Shown here in pieces: positions 9,308-17,831 of a stretch of DNA of 34,629 nt. The stretch is from a virus. Its lineage: Duplodnaviria > Caudoviricetes. A program made the translations under genes and the position numbers. The notes under the pieces are model-generated. The model saw only the letters and a list, made by a program, of their open reading frames with translations, did no database searches and was not told the origin of the DNA. The DNA lies in the IMG/VR virus record IMGVR_UViG_3300032320_002793, positions 1-34,629 of that record; one strand, written 5' to 3'. How positions within the stretch are numbered: position 1 is the first letter of the stretch; the number at the start of each line of letters is the position of its first letter.

Positions 9308-9314
9308 TATTTAT
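9307..9314 (+). promoter_or_regulatory. ATATTTAT putative late promoter motif (possible leaderless mRNA)
   Basis: Only 4 nt before ATG 9319. Confidence 0.55.
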
Positions 9315-9318
9315 ATAC

Positions 9319-10791
9319 ATGACAACGAAAGAACTTTATATTAAACACAAATCTGGTGACATTAGCAACCAGAAATTTCTATACGAAGTAAGACGTGATT
9401 CCAAGTTACCTTGGATTACTAACATGACTTCATACGAAGACGCAGTTAAAATCCTTAAAAATAAGGGTATCATCAACGAAGCCGATGGTAAAAAATATGG
9501 CGATGTTGAAGTAATATCTAAGACTATTGATATGGTAAATCCATATGAATACTCTAAGGGTATGAATTACGAATTAGATATGGCTGACAATGCTGTTAGA
9601 ACAGATTTGACTGAAGATGAAGTATTAGCTGCTCAAAAGATAGTATTAAAAAATATTACTAAAGATTCTAACTATTATACTAAATTATATGCTGGTTTAA
9701 ATCCAACAGCTGATACTGAAGGATATGTTGAAATTAACATTGCCGGAAAGAATTTAGAAAAAGGTATTAAAGCCGATATGGAAGGTAGAAAGGCAGATGG
9801 TTACATTAAGAAAGAATTAAAAAAAGACGCTAAATCAAATGTTAAAGATGATTTAGGTAAAAAAGAAGCTGGTACTAAAAAACCAAAAGGTGTTAGCGAA
9901 TTTAAAGCTAAAGGTGTAACCGGTTCAATTAAAGTTGTTAAAGAAGGTATTGAAGAAATTTTACGCGAAAAGTTAGCTCAAAAAAAAGCAAACGAAGCTA
10001 AAGTAGAACTTACTTCTAAAGAAAAACAAATAGTTGATGATATATTAAGTGAATTAAAAGAAGGTGTTGACTTCAAAAGTATTATTTCTAAAATTAAAGA
10101 TTATGCTAATGAAGGAGTATTAACCCCTGCAATAATAACTGCAGTAATTGCTTTATCATCACTTACTCCTCCTCAAATTGAAATAATTAAAAACGTAGCA
10201 AAAGTTGCTTTTGCTGGGTTTGGTGGTGGTAGTTCAGGTGGTGGAGGTGCCAGTGGGGTATGGGAGGCTAAAGTAGACGAACACCACAACGATCCTGATT
10301 TTCCAGTAGTAAAAGGCTTGTATGAGTTATTAGACGCAATCGTTGCTGATTGGGGTAAGGAAGACTTATACCAAGTAGTAGAAGATATAATTGTTGCTTA
10401 TACAGAACCGGATGATACTATGATATCTAAAAAAGCTATCAATGTAATTAAAGACGTTCTTGAAAATTATGATGTGCTAGAAGATTATGCTGACTTAGTA
10501 AATAAAATAGCAGTTAAAGAACCAGGACAATCCCCTACGGCAATAGATAGAATGTATAATTCAGACGCTTTTGTGCAGGCTCAAAGAGATATGAACGAAA
10601 GTTCCCCTAAAAAAAGTGCTATCCAAAAAATGAAAGAAGCATTAAAAACAGCTCTTAAAACAGAAAAACTTGATCCTGCTGCTTTAAAAACAGCAGTAGA
10701 GAAAGGTACTGCACTTAATATTTCAAAATCAAACGCTTCAGATATATCTGCTGCTAAAAGCGCGAAAGCAAATTTCACTACTTATGAGTAA
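9319..10791 (+). CDS. Putative prohead core/internal head protein (490 aa)
   Basis: Immediately upstream of the prohead protease; modular, with many xxE-[AGS] sites. Confidence 0.75.
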   Translation: MTTKELYIKHKSGDISNQKFLYEVRRDSKLPWITNMTSYEDAVKILKNKGIINEADGKKYGDVEVISKTIDMVNPYEYSKGMNYELDMADNAVRTDLTEDEVLAAQKIVLKNITKDSNYYTKLYAGLNPTADTEGYVEINIAGKNLEKGIKADMEGRKADGYIKKELKKDAKSNVKDDLGKKEAGTKKPKGVSEFKAKGVTGSIKVVKEGIEEILREKLAQKKANEAKVELTSKEKQIVDDILSELKEGVDFKSIISKIKDYANEGVLTPAIITAVIALSSLTPPQIEIIKNVAKVAFAGFGGGSSGGGGASGVWEAKVDEHHNDPDFPVVKGLYELLDAIVADWGKEDLYQVVEDIIVAYTEPDDTMISKKAINVIKDVLENYDVLEDYADLVNKIAVKEPGQSPTAIDRMYNSDAFVQAQRDMNESSPKKSAIQKMKEALKTALKTEKLDPAALKTAVEKGTALNISKSNASDISAAKSAKANFTTYE

Positions 10792-11428
10792 ACAATTACT
10801 TATAGAATATATGTCGTTTAAACCGTCTCCTCAAGTATTGAGTGAGGCGATTAAGCGTCCTTCCAAGAATTTAATTGTTGAAGGATTAGTACAACGTGCA
10901 GAGGCAAAAAACCAAAACGGTCGTGTTTATCCTAAACAGGTTTTACTTCGTGAAGTAGACAAATATATTAAAGGACCTATCGCTGAAAATAGAGCATTAG
11001 GTGAATTAGATCACCCTGAATCATCCGTTATTAATTTAAAAAACGCTTGCCATAATATCTTAGATTTATGGTGGGACGGAGATGATTTAGTAGGTAAAAT
11101 TGAAGTATTACCTACTCCAAGTGGTAATATCTTAAAATCATTATTCTTAAATAATATTACTGTTGGCATTTCTTCTCGTGGTATGGGTTCAGTACAACCA
11201 TTAGGAGAAGGTACAGTTGAAGTACAAGATGACTTCGAATTATTATGTTGGGATTTCGTTTCTACACCATCAACTTACGGTGCGTTTATGAAGCCAGTTG
11301 GCTTAACTGAAGGCATGATTAGTGAAGGTATAAATTATAAAAATAAAAACCAAAACAAATACGACAATGCAAATTCATTATTATATGAAATCATTTGCAC
11401 TCAAACAGGTATTTGTTGCTTAAGATAA
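10784..11428 (+). CDS. gp21: Prohead core protease (T4 gp21-like)
   Basis: 'KNQNGRVYP', catalytic His in 'ALGELDHP', Ser in 'GISSRGMGS', Asp in 'WDFVSTPS'. Confidence 0.95.
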   Translation: MSKQLLIEYMSFKPSPQVLSEAIKRPSKNLIVEGLVQRAEAKNQNGRVYPKQVLLREVDKYIKGPIAENRALGELDHPESSVINLKNACHNILDLWWDGDDLVGKIEVLPTPSGNILKSLFLNNITVGISSRGMGSVQPLGEGTVEVQDDFELLCWDFVSTPSTYGAFMKPVGLTEGMISEGINYKNKNQNKYDNANSLLYEIICTQTGICCLR

Positions 11429-11429
11429 T

Positions 11430-11936
11430 ATGGCAAAGTATAAATTAAAAAACTTCATAAGCGAAGACGTAAATCCACTTAAGATCAGTAATAGACTATT
11501 TGATCATACAGCAACTACTGCTAACATAGGTAGTACCGGTGAAGAACTTCATTTCAACATAATTGAAATTACTCCCGAAACTTTTACTATTGAATATAGA
11601 ATTACTTCTAATTCCCCAAATAGACCTATAGGTGCTTCTAGAAATTATAGAAGTGAACCAAAAGAAGGAGTAACAGATATCAAAAAAGATTTCCAAAATC
11701 CAAAGAATATTCAAGTACGAGGTACTAATTTCACAGTTCAATCAGGTGAATTTATGGACCAAGTTTATGGTGATGCTGCTAGTGTAGCAGAAGGTGAATT
11801 TAAATTTAGACCAACTGAAACAGACGCCCCAGGTATGCAAGCAAGACCTGATGGATATTTAAAAGAAAAAACAGAAGTTGATGAATCTATTGATTTCCAT
11901 CACATGATGAAAGTAAGAGCAGGAATTATTAAGTAA
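11430..11936 (+). CDS. Hypothetical protein, possible internal head protein (168 aa)
   Basis: N-terminus MAKYKLKNFISE; C-terminus MMKVRAGIIK resembles the scaffold C-terminus. Confidence 0.7.
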   Translation: MAKYKLKNFISEDVNPLKISNRLFDHTATTANIGSTGEELHFNIIEITPETFTIEYRITSNSPNRPIGASRNYRSEPKEGVTDIKKDFQNPKNIQVRGTNFTVQSGEFMDQVYGDAASVAEGEFKFRPTETDAPGMQARPDGYLKEKTEVDESIDFHHMMKVRAGIIK

Positions 11937-11962
11937 CTTAAAACGCTACTTATTAGTAAATA

Positions 11963-11994
11963 GATCCAGCCCCGTAAGGCTGGGTCATTTTTTT
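11963..11994 (+). terminator. Rho-independent terminator
   Basis: GATCCAGCC-ccgtaa-GGCTGGGTC hairpin (one G-U pair) followed by ATTTTTTT. Confidence 0.8.
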
Positions 11995-12024
11995 AGAGCC
12001 CTGTGCGGTTTCCATCCTCTATAT

Positions 12025-12032
12025 ATATTTAT
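12025..12032 (+). promoter_or_regulatory. ATATTTAT putative late promoter motif for the scaffold-capsid operon
   Basis: After the terminator, 101 nt before the scaffold ATG. Confidence 0.6.
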
Positions 12033-12044
12033 GACTATCAAGAT

Positions 12045-12112
12045 AGATTATCATCTAATATAATCTCCCTCTCAAATACAATCCCTATATTACTTCTCTA
12101 ATAAGTAATCCC
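12045..12112 (+). promoter_or_regulatory. Twin stem-loop 5' leader (candidate cis-regulatory RNA)
   Basis: AGATTAT-catctaat-ATAATCT-ccc (12045-12069) and ATTACTT-ctctaat-AAGTAAT-ccc (12089-12112). Confidence 0.45.
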
Positions 12113-12133
12113 GAAAAAAAAAGGAGTCCCAAA

Positions 12134-13387
12134 ATGACAAACAAACAATTTTTTCAAGAAGCTCTTCTTGAGGCTAAAGCTATCCGTGAGACAGCACTAG
12201 CATCAGCTAAAGCATCTTTGGAAGAAGCTTTTACTCCAAGAATCAAATCAATGATTGACGCTAAATTATCTTTAATGGAAGATGATGCATCAGACGACAA
12301 TGAAATTGATGAAACTAAAGAAATGGATGAAGCAAAAGCCAAAGCTGAAGAAGCTAAAAAAGTAGAAGAGAAAAAAGACATGGAAGAAGCTAAAGACATG
12401 GACGAAGCAAAAGTCGATGAGACCAAGGACATGGAAGAAGGCGCTGACATGGATGAAAATGCCGAATTGGACGAAATGGAATTAGACGAAATCTTAGCAG
12501 AACTTGAAAGAGCAGATGCTAATGAAGGCGTTGCTCCAGCTGGTGTTCCAGTTAATCCTTTAAATCTTGAAGCTAAAAAAGTTGACGAAAAGAAAGAAGT
12601 TGACGAAGCTAAAGAAGATGTTAAAGAAGGCGAAGCCGCTTATGAGTACGAAAAAGGAAAACAAGCAGGTGAAAAGTTAGGCGAAGGCGAAGAAGGCGAT
12701 GAGGAAATGACTGAATTAACAGTTGACGAACTTAAAGATCTTATCCGCGACGTATTAGCTGACGTTTTAGGTAGCGAAGGTGCTGCTGAAGACGATTTAG
12801 AAGCTGACGTAGATGTTGACGCTGATGGCGCTGACGTTGAAGTAAGCGACGACGAAACAGTTTCTGATGACATGGAACTTGAAACTATTTTACGTGAACT
12901 TGACAAAAAAGTTGAAGGTAAAGTAGATGAAAAGAAAGATGTTGAGGAAGCTAAGAAAAAGGTTGATGAAAAGAAAGTTGAAGAAAAGAAAGACGTAGAA
13001 GAAGCGAAGAAAGAAGTTGAAGAAGCTAAAAAAGAAGTTGATGAAGCCGTTAAGGTTATCAAAGCTTTGAAAAACGAGCTTAACGAAGTAAACTTATTAA
13101 ACGCTAAATTACTTTATGTTAACAAGATCTTCAAATCTAAGTCATTAACTGAATCACAAAAAGTAAAGGTAATTAACGCCTTTGACAGAGCAGAATCTGT
13201 AAAAGAAGTTAAGAACACTTACGAAACATTGAAAGAATCTTTCAATGGTACTTCTCAAAAGAGTACAATTAAAGAATCAGTTGGTTTTGCATCTAAAACC
13301 GTATTAGGTAATTCTACAACATCTGCTCCAATTGTTGAAACAGATTCATTTGTAGCTAGAATGCAAAGATTAGCTGGTATCAAGTAA
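12134..13387 (+). CDS. Prohead scaffolding protein (functional equivalent of T4 gp22)
   Basis: Highly acidic, helical, with [VM][DE]E-[AK]K repeats; lies between the protease and the major capsid gene; AAGGAG upstream. Confidence 0.82.
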   Translation: MTNKQFFQEALLEAKAIRETALASAKASLEEAFTPRIKSMIDAKLSLMEDDASDDNEIDETKEMDEAKAKAEEAKKVEEKKDMEEAKDMDEAKVDETKDMEEGADMDENAELDEMELDEILAELERADANEGVAPAGVPVNPLNLEAKKVDEKKEVDEAKEDVKEGEAAYEYEKGKQAGEKLGEGEEGDEEMTELTVDELKDLIRDVLADVLGSEGAAEDDLEADVDVDADGADVEVSDDETVSDDMELETILRELDKKVEGKVDEKKDVEEAKKKVDEKKVEEKKDVEEAKKEVEEAKKEVDEAVKVIKALKNELNEVNLLNAKLLYVNKIFKSKSLTESQKVKVINAFDRAESVKEVKNTYETLKESFNGTSQKSTIKESVGFASKTVLGNSTTSAPIVETDSFVARMQRLAGIK

Positions 13388-13418
13388 ACCAAATTTTAAA
13401 ATTAAATTTTTTAACAAA

Positions 13419-15080
13419 ATGTCAAACGTAATTAATCAATTACTAGAATCTGCAAACCCATGGCAGAGTATGCAATCAGACGCACAGCGTCTTAGCAAAA
13501 AATGGGGAAAATCAGGTTTGTTAGAAGGCATTAGAACTGACGTTGAAAAAAACAACATGTCAGTTTTATTAGAGAACCAAGCTAAGCAATTAGTTGTTGA
13601 GCAATCACAAACTGGTCCTTCTTCTGCAACTTTCACTCCAGGTACTGGTGCTCAGTACGCTGCAGTAGCTTTACCTTTAGTGCGTAAAGTATTCGGTCAA
13701 ATCGCTGCTAAAGAATTCGTTTCTGTACAGCCAATGTCTTTACCTGCTGGTTTAGTATTCTTCTTGGATTTCCAATATGGTACTAATGGTAAGGTAAATT
13801 TCGTTAACGGTCAATCATTATATGGTTCGTCTTCAGCTAACTTCGGTAACGCTGCTTCAGGTGGTCTTTATGGTGCTGGTCGTTTCGGTTACTCAACAAA
13901 CCAGTTCTCATCTTCAGTTATCTCTCAATCAGTAACTGTAGGTTCAGCTTCATGGGCTCAAACAAACTGGGATGGTCAATACTCAGCTTCATTAGATGGT
14001 TCTGGTAACGTATTAGGCTTAGTTGCTATTACAATCGCTACTTCATCTATCAGCACAGTATTAGATACAAACGGTGTTCGTGCTTTCTTCGCTGTTAACA
14101 CAGCTATCGATGCAAACGATATCCAACCTGCTTACACTTCATTAGTTAACAACGGTGGTTCTATCACATGGATCGGTGTTGGTGCTCCAGGTCAAAACGT
14201 TACAGATTGGACAGTTTACTATAACAAGTTAACTAACTTCCAAACTGCTGGTGATTTTGAAGATGGTAACCCTTACGCTGTACCGAATGATATCTCTTCT
14301 TCAGTAATCGCGATCCCTCAGATCAACGTTCAAATGAGAAGTGAGACTATCAGTGCGAAAACTAAAAAGTTAAAAGCACAATGGACTCCAGAATTTGCTC
14401 AAGACTTAAACGCTTACCAATCAATTGATGCAGAAGCTGAATTAACTTCTATGTTATCAGAGTACATCTCTTTAGAGATTGACTTAGAAATCTTAGATAT
14501 GTTAATTGTTAACGCTCCTACAGTTGAATATTGGTCAGCTAAAGTTGGTGCGCAAATCGCTGCTCCAGGTACTTCATATAGCAACTACTCAGAAGGTAAC
14601 ACTGCTGGTTTGTTCTATACTCAAATGAGTTGGTTCCAAACAATTGGTATCAAATTACAAAAAGTTTCTAACATCATTCACCAACGTACTTTACGTGGTG
14701 GTGCTAATTTCATGGTAGTTTCTCCTGCTGTAGCTACAATTTTGGAATCAATCCCAGGATTCGCAGCTGATACAGATGGCGATGCAGCTAAAATGGAATA
14801 TGCTTTCGGTGTACAAAAAGTAGGTGCTTTAAATAGCCGTTACAAAGTATACAAGAATCCATACATGTTAGAAAACGTAATCTTAATGGGCTTCAAAGGT
14901 TCTCAGTTCTTAGAAACTGGTGCTGTTTATGCTCCTTATATTCCATTGATCATGACACCGTTAGTGTACGATCCAGAAACCTTCACTCCAAGAAAAGGTA
15001 TCATGACTCGTTACGCTAAGAAAATGGTTCGTCCTGAATTCTATGGTAAAGTGTACGTGAACGACTTAAACATTATCTAA
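13419..15080 (+). CDS. gp23: Major capsid protein (T4 gp23-like)
   Basis: 'LLENQ', 'VSVQPMSLPAGLVF', 'AKTKKLKAQWTPEFAQDL', 'AEAELTSMLSEYISLEID', 'GAVYAPYIPL', 'DPETFTPRKGIMTRYA'. Codon usage typical of a highly expressed gene. Confidence 0.97.
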   Translation: MSNVINQLLESANPWQSMQSDAQRLSKKWGKSGLLEGIRTDVEKNNMSVLLENQAKQLVVEQSQTGPSSATFTPGTGAQYAAVALPLVRKVFGQIAAKEFVSVQPMSLPAGLVFFLDFQYGTNGKVNFVNGQSLYGSSSANFGNAASGGLYGAGRFGYSTNQFSSSVISQSVTVGSASWAQTNWDGQYSASLDGSGNVLGLVAITIATSSISTVLDTNGVRAFFAVNTAIDANDIQPAYTSLVNNGGSITWIGVGAPGQNVTDWTVYYNKLTNFQTAGDFEDGNPYAVPNDISSSVIAIPQINVQMRSETISAKTKKLKAQWTPEFAQDLNAYQSIDAEAELTSMLSEYISLEIDLEILDMLIVNAPTVEYWSAKVGAQIAAPGTSYSNYSEGNTAGLFYTQMSWFQTIGIKLQKVSNIIHQRTLRGGANFMVVSPAVATILESIPGFAADTDGDAAKMEYAFGVQKVGALNSRYKVYKNPYMLENVILMGFKGSQFLETGAVYAPYIPLIMTPLVYDPETFTPRKGIMTRYAKKMVRPEFYGKVYVNDLNII

Positions 15081-15110
15081 TCTTAGATAATTAAGAGTGA
15101 ATAAAAAAGG

Positions 15111-15137
15111 GCCCGGCTTTTTAGCCGGGCTTTTTTT
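15111..15137 (+). terminator. Rho-independent terminator (possibly bidirectional)
   Basis: GCCCGGCT-tttt-AGCCGGGC followed by T7; A-run upstream. Confidence 0.9.
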
Positions 15138-15245
15138 GTCTATATGGATATATAGAGTATTTGTTGTTTGTTATTATGTAATATGTATTGCCGTACACAA
15201 TATCGCGATTAAGTTATACTTTAACCTTAAAAAACATTTTAACAA

Positions 15246-15359
15246 ATGGAAGTATTAGCATTTTTAGTACACTTACCTTTTTGGTTCGGTGTATTAGTAG
15301 GATTTTTCGCAGCACCTACAATCAACAAATTAGTTGCTAAGTTTAAAAAACCAAAATAA
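15246..15359 (+). CDS. Small single-pass membrane protein (37 aa); not in the supplied ORF track
   Basis: MEVLAFLVHLPFWFGVLVGFFAAPTINKLVAKFKKPK. Start context TTTTAACAAATG is almost the same as the capsid gene's (TTTTAACAAAATG). Flanked by two terminators. Confidence 0.7.
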   Translation: MEVLAFLVHLPFWFGVLVGFFAAPTINKLVAKFKKPK

Positions 15360-15364
15360 AAAAG

Positions 15365-15388
15365 AAGCCCCCATTTTGGGGGCTTTTT
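15365..15388 (+). terminator. Rho-independent terminator
   Basis: AAGCCCCCA-ttt-TGGGGGCTT followed by TTT. Confidence 0.85.
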
Positions 15389-15394
15389 AATTTC

Positions 15395-15402
15395 ATATTT
15401 AT
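15395..15402 (+). promoter_or_regulatory. ATATTTAT putative late promoter motif
   Basis: After the terminator, 14 nt before the phoH ATG. Confidence 0.65.
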
Positions 15403-15416
15403 ATAAAACGTTACAA

Positions 15417-16100
15417 ATGAGTTCAAGCGGTACAAGTGGTTTTGCTCAAAAGCGCAAACCAAAAAATCCAATCAAGTTTCAAGTTTCTCTAAATGAAGAA
15501 CAAAAACAAGCTAAGTCAACAATTTTAGAAAATAAAATTACTGTTTTAAGAGGACAAGCCGGTAGTGGTAAATCAATGCTTGCTGCACAAGCAGCTTTAG
15601 ATCTTCTTTTTAAACACGAAGTAGAAAAAGTAATATTAACTCGACCCGCAGTAACATCAGGCGAGGAAATCGGCTTTTTACCGGGTGATAAAGATGCTAA
15701 ATTAGCTCCTTACACGGCTGCTATATATGATAACATGTATCGTTTATATAACAAAGAAAAAATTGATAATGAAATCATGAATGGTAAAATTGAAGTTATT
15801 CCTTTAGCATTCATGAGAGGTAGAAACTTATCTAATTGCTGTGTTGTAGTAGATGAGGGACAAAATATAACTCATAGACAAATGGAATTACTTTTAGGTC
15901 GTATTTGTGAAGGATCAAGAATGATAATTTGTGGCGATTCAGCTCAAATTGACCTTAAAGAGAAAAAAATGTCTGGTTTCAATTTTATATGTAATAACTT
16001 AACTAAAATCTCTGGATTCAGTGTAGTAACATTAAAAACTAATCACCGCGATCCGATAGTTGAAGACATAATTAAAATATATACAGACCACAGGGATTAA
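15417..16100 (+). CDS. phoH: PhoH-family ATPase
   Basis: 'GQAGSGKS', 'ILTRPAV', 'IGFLPGD', 'PLAFMRGR', 'VVDEGQN', 'GDSAQID', 'NHRDPIV'. Confidence 0.95.
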   Translation: MSSSGTSGFAQKRKPKNPIKFQVSLNEEQKQAKSTILENKITVLRGQAGSGKSMLAAQAALDLLFKHEVEKVILTRPAVTSGEEIGFLPGDKDAKLAPYTAAIYDNMYRLYNKEKIDNEIMNGKIEVIPLAFMRGRNLSNCCVVVDEGQNITHRQMELLLGRICEGSRMIICGDSAQIDLKEKKMSGFNFICNNLTKISGFSVVTLKTNHRDPIVEDIIKIYTDHRD

Positions 16101-16101
16101 T

Positions 16102-16109
16102 ATATTTAT
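16102..16109 (+). promoter_or_regulatory. ATATTTAT putative late promoter motif
   Basis: 18 nt before ATG 16128. Confidence 0.65.
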
Positions 16110-16127
16110 ATGAGTAAAATTGTATAA

Positions 16128-17336
16128 ATGGCAACAACCCCAATATGGACCGGTACTAGCTCGTTTGCTCCAGGTCAAACACCATTCGGTTTTTATGATA
16201 ATGATACACAGTTTCAGACTGATGCTAATAAAGTATCAGTATTCTGTGCTAATCGTATGGGTTATCCTTTAGTTGATATTGAACTTCAATCAGGCTCATT
16301 TTTCACAGCATTTGAAGAAGCAGTTACCACTTATGGTAACGAAATGTACTTATGGCAAATTAGAAATAACTTTCTAACATTTGAAGGTAATACAACAGGT
16401 TCAGCCAACTATCAAACTCCCGGATTTAATTATAATAATTCTGTTATTACTCCTAACTTAGGTAACCTAGTTAGATTAGCTGAAGATTATGCTTCAGAAG
16501 CAGGTGTAGGTGGTTATACAACTTACTATTCAGGTGCTATCATGTTAACAGCATCTCTCCAAACATACGATATGAATGCTTGGGCTGCTTTATCAGCAAG
16601 TTTAATACCTGGAGATTCAATCGAAATTAAACAAATTTTCTACGAAGCATTACCTGAATCACTTTATTCAGTTTATGGTTTTGATAACTACTATCCTCAA
16701 TTAGGAGGTTCTGCTGGTTTAGCCTCACCAGGTTTATTTGGTGGTGCTGGATATGGTGCTTATGGTGGTTTAGGAAATATGGCTACAATTTATCCTGTAT
16801 ATTGGGATTTAGAAAGAATTAATGAATTAAAGGCAAGTAACCAAGTTAGAAGAGTAGGATTTAGTTTTGAGTTAATTAATAATCAACTTAGAATTTTCCC
16901 TGTTCCTACAGTTAACTATCCTTTATATTTTAAATATATTAAACGTTCGGAAAGAGCAAATCCAGTAGCATCACCATATTCGGGTTCTAATTTGATAGCA
17001 GATATGAGTAAGGTTCCTTATAACAACCCAACTTATAGCTTTATTAATGCTCCTGGTAGATATTGGATTTTTGAATATACTTTAGCTATTGCAAAGGAAC
17101 TTTTAGGATATGTAAGAGGTAAGTATGGCACAGTACCTATTCCAGGTGCTGAAGTTACCTTAAACCAAGATACTTTAATAACCGCAGCAACAGCAGAAAA
17201 AACAGCTTTAATTGAAAAACTAAGAGGTGATTTAGAAGAAGTGAGTAGGCAAAAACAATTAGAGAGAAAAGCAGCTGAGACAACAGCAATGAAATCAACA
17301 TTAAACGAAGTACCTTTACCAATTTATATCGGATAG
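16128..17336 (+). CDS. Neck/head-tail adaptor protein (T4 gp13-like)
   Basis: 'RMGYPLVDIEL' near the N-terminus, 'WIFEYTLAIAKELLGYVRGKY...PGAEVTLN', C-terminal 'PLPIYIG'; synteny. Confidence 0.8.
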   Translation: MATTPIWTGTSSFAPGQTPFGFYDNDTQFQTDANKVSVFCANRMGYPLVDIELQSGSFFTAFEEAVTTYGNEMYLWQIRNNFLTFEGNTTGSANYQTPGFNYNNSVITPNLGNLVRLAEDYASEAGVGGYTTYYSGAIMLTASLQTYDMNAWAALSASLIPGDSIEIKQIFYEALPESLYSVYGFDNYYPQLGGSAGLASPGLFGGAGYGAYGGLGNMATIYPVYWDLERINELKASNQVRRVGFSFELINNQLRIFPVPTVNYPLYFKYIKRSERANPVASPYSGSNLIADMSKVPYNNPTYSFINAPGRYWIFEYTLAIAKELLGYVRGKYGTVPIPGAEVTLNQDTLITAATAEKTALIEKLRGDLEEVSRQKQLERKAAETTAMKSTLNEVPLPIYIG

Positions 17337-17339
17337 ACT

Positions 17340-17831
17340 ATGGCAATGTTCGGCAGACAGAGAGATGTTCAATTATTTAATAGTGTCAATCAAGAATTGA
17401 TACATGATATTATTGAACAACTTGTTGGATACTATAAAGTAATATTAGGCCAAACACCCGCTAACATTTATGGTGAAGCAGGAAATAAAACCTATATGGG
17501 TCCTGTTTTATTACCTTGTTTATTAGTCAGAGGTGGTACTACATCTGAAACAGATAATTTTGGTCCTGATACATTCCGTGAACTTGAAGTTAGACTTTGG
17601 AGAGATGATTGTATTAGTGCTAATGTAGTCCCAGAAATTGGTGATATTATACTTTGGAATAACTTATATTTTGAAGTAGACAATGTAAATGAAAACCAAT
17701 TAGTAGTAGGTAAAGATCCAAGCTATCCTTATAGCAATGATGTAGTTGATTTTGGCGACAGCTTATCATTCATCTTAACTTGCCATATGACACGCCCAGA
17801 AATACCAGGCATAGAACAAACACGATTATAA
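17340..17831 (+). CDS. Neck/head-closure protein (T4 gp14-like)
   Basis: 'NIYGEA..K.Y', 'FG', 'PEIGDIILW...FEVDNV'; directly follows the gp13-like gene. Confidence 0.7.
   Translation: MAMFGRQRDVQLFNSVNQELIHDIIEQLVGYYKVILGQTPANIYGEAGNKTYMGPVLLPCLLVRGGTTSETDNFGPDTFRELEVRLWRDDCISANVVPEIGDIILWNNLYFEVDNVNENQLVVGKDPSYPYSNDVVDFGDSLSFILTCHMTRPEIPGIEQTRL

Noticed and set aside
12154-13062. Ser-rich minus-strand ORFs opposite the scaffold
   Set aside because: Antisense shadows of GAA/GAT/AAA-rich codons.
16128-17831. Stop-codon reassignment (TAG at 17334 followed in frame by the next ATG)
   Set aside because: Genes are intact under the standard code. TAG falls at natural ends (PIYIG*, TAG TAA at 18970, 29089), and no gene needs TAG or TGA readthrough.
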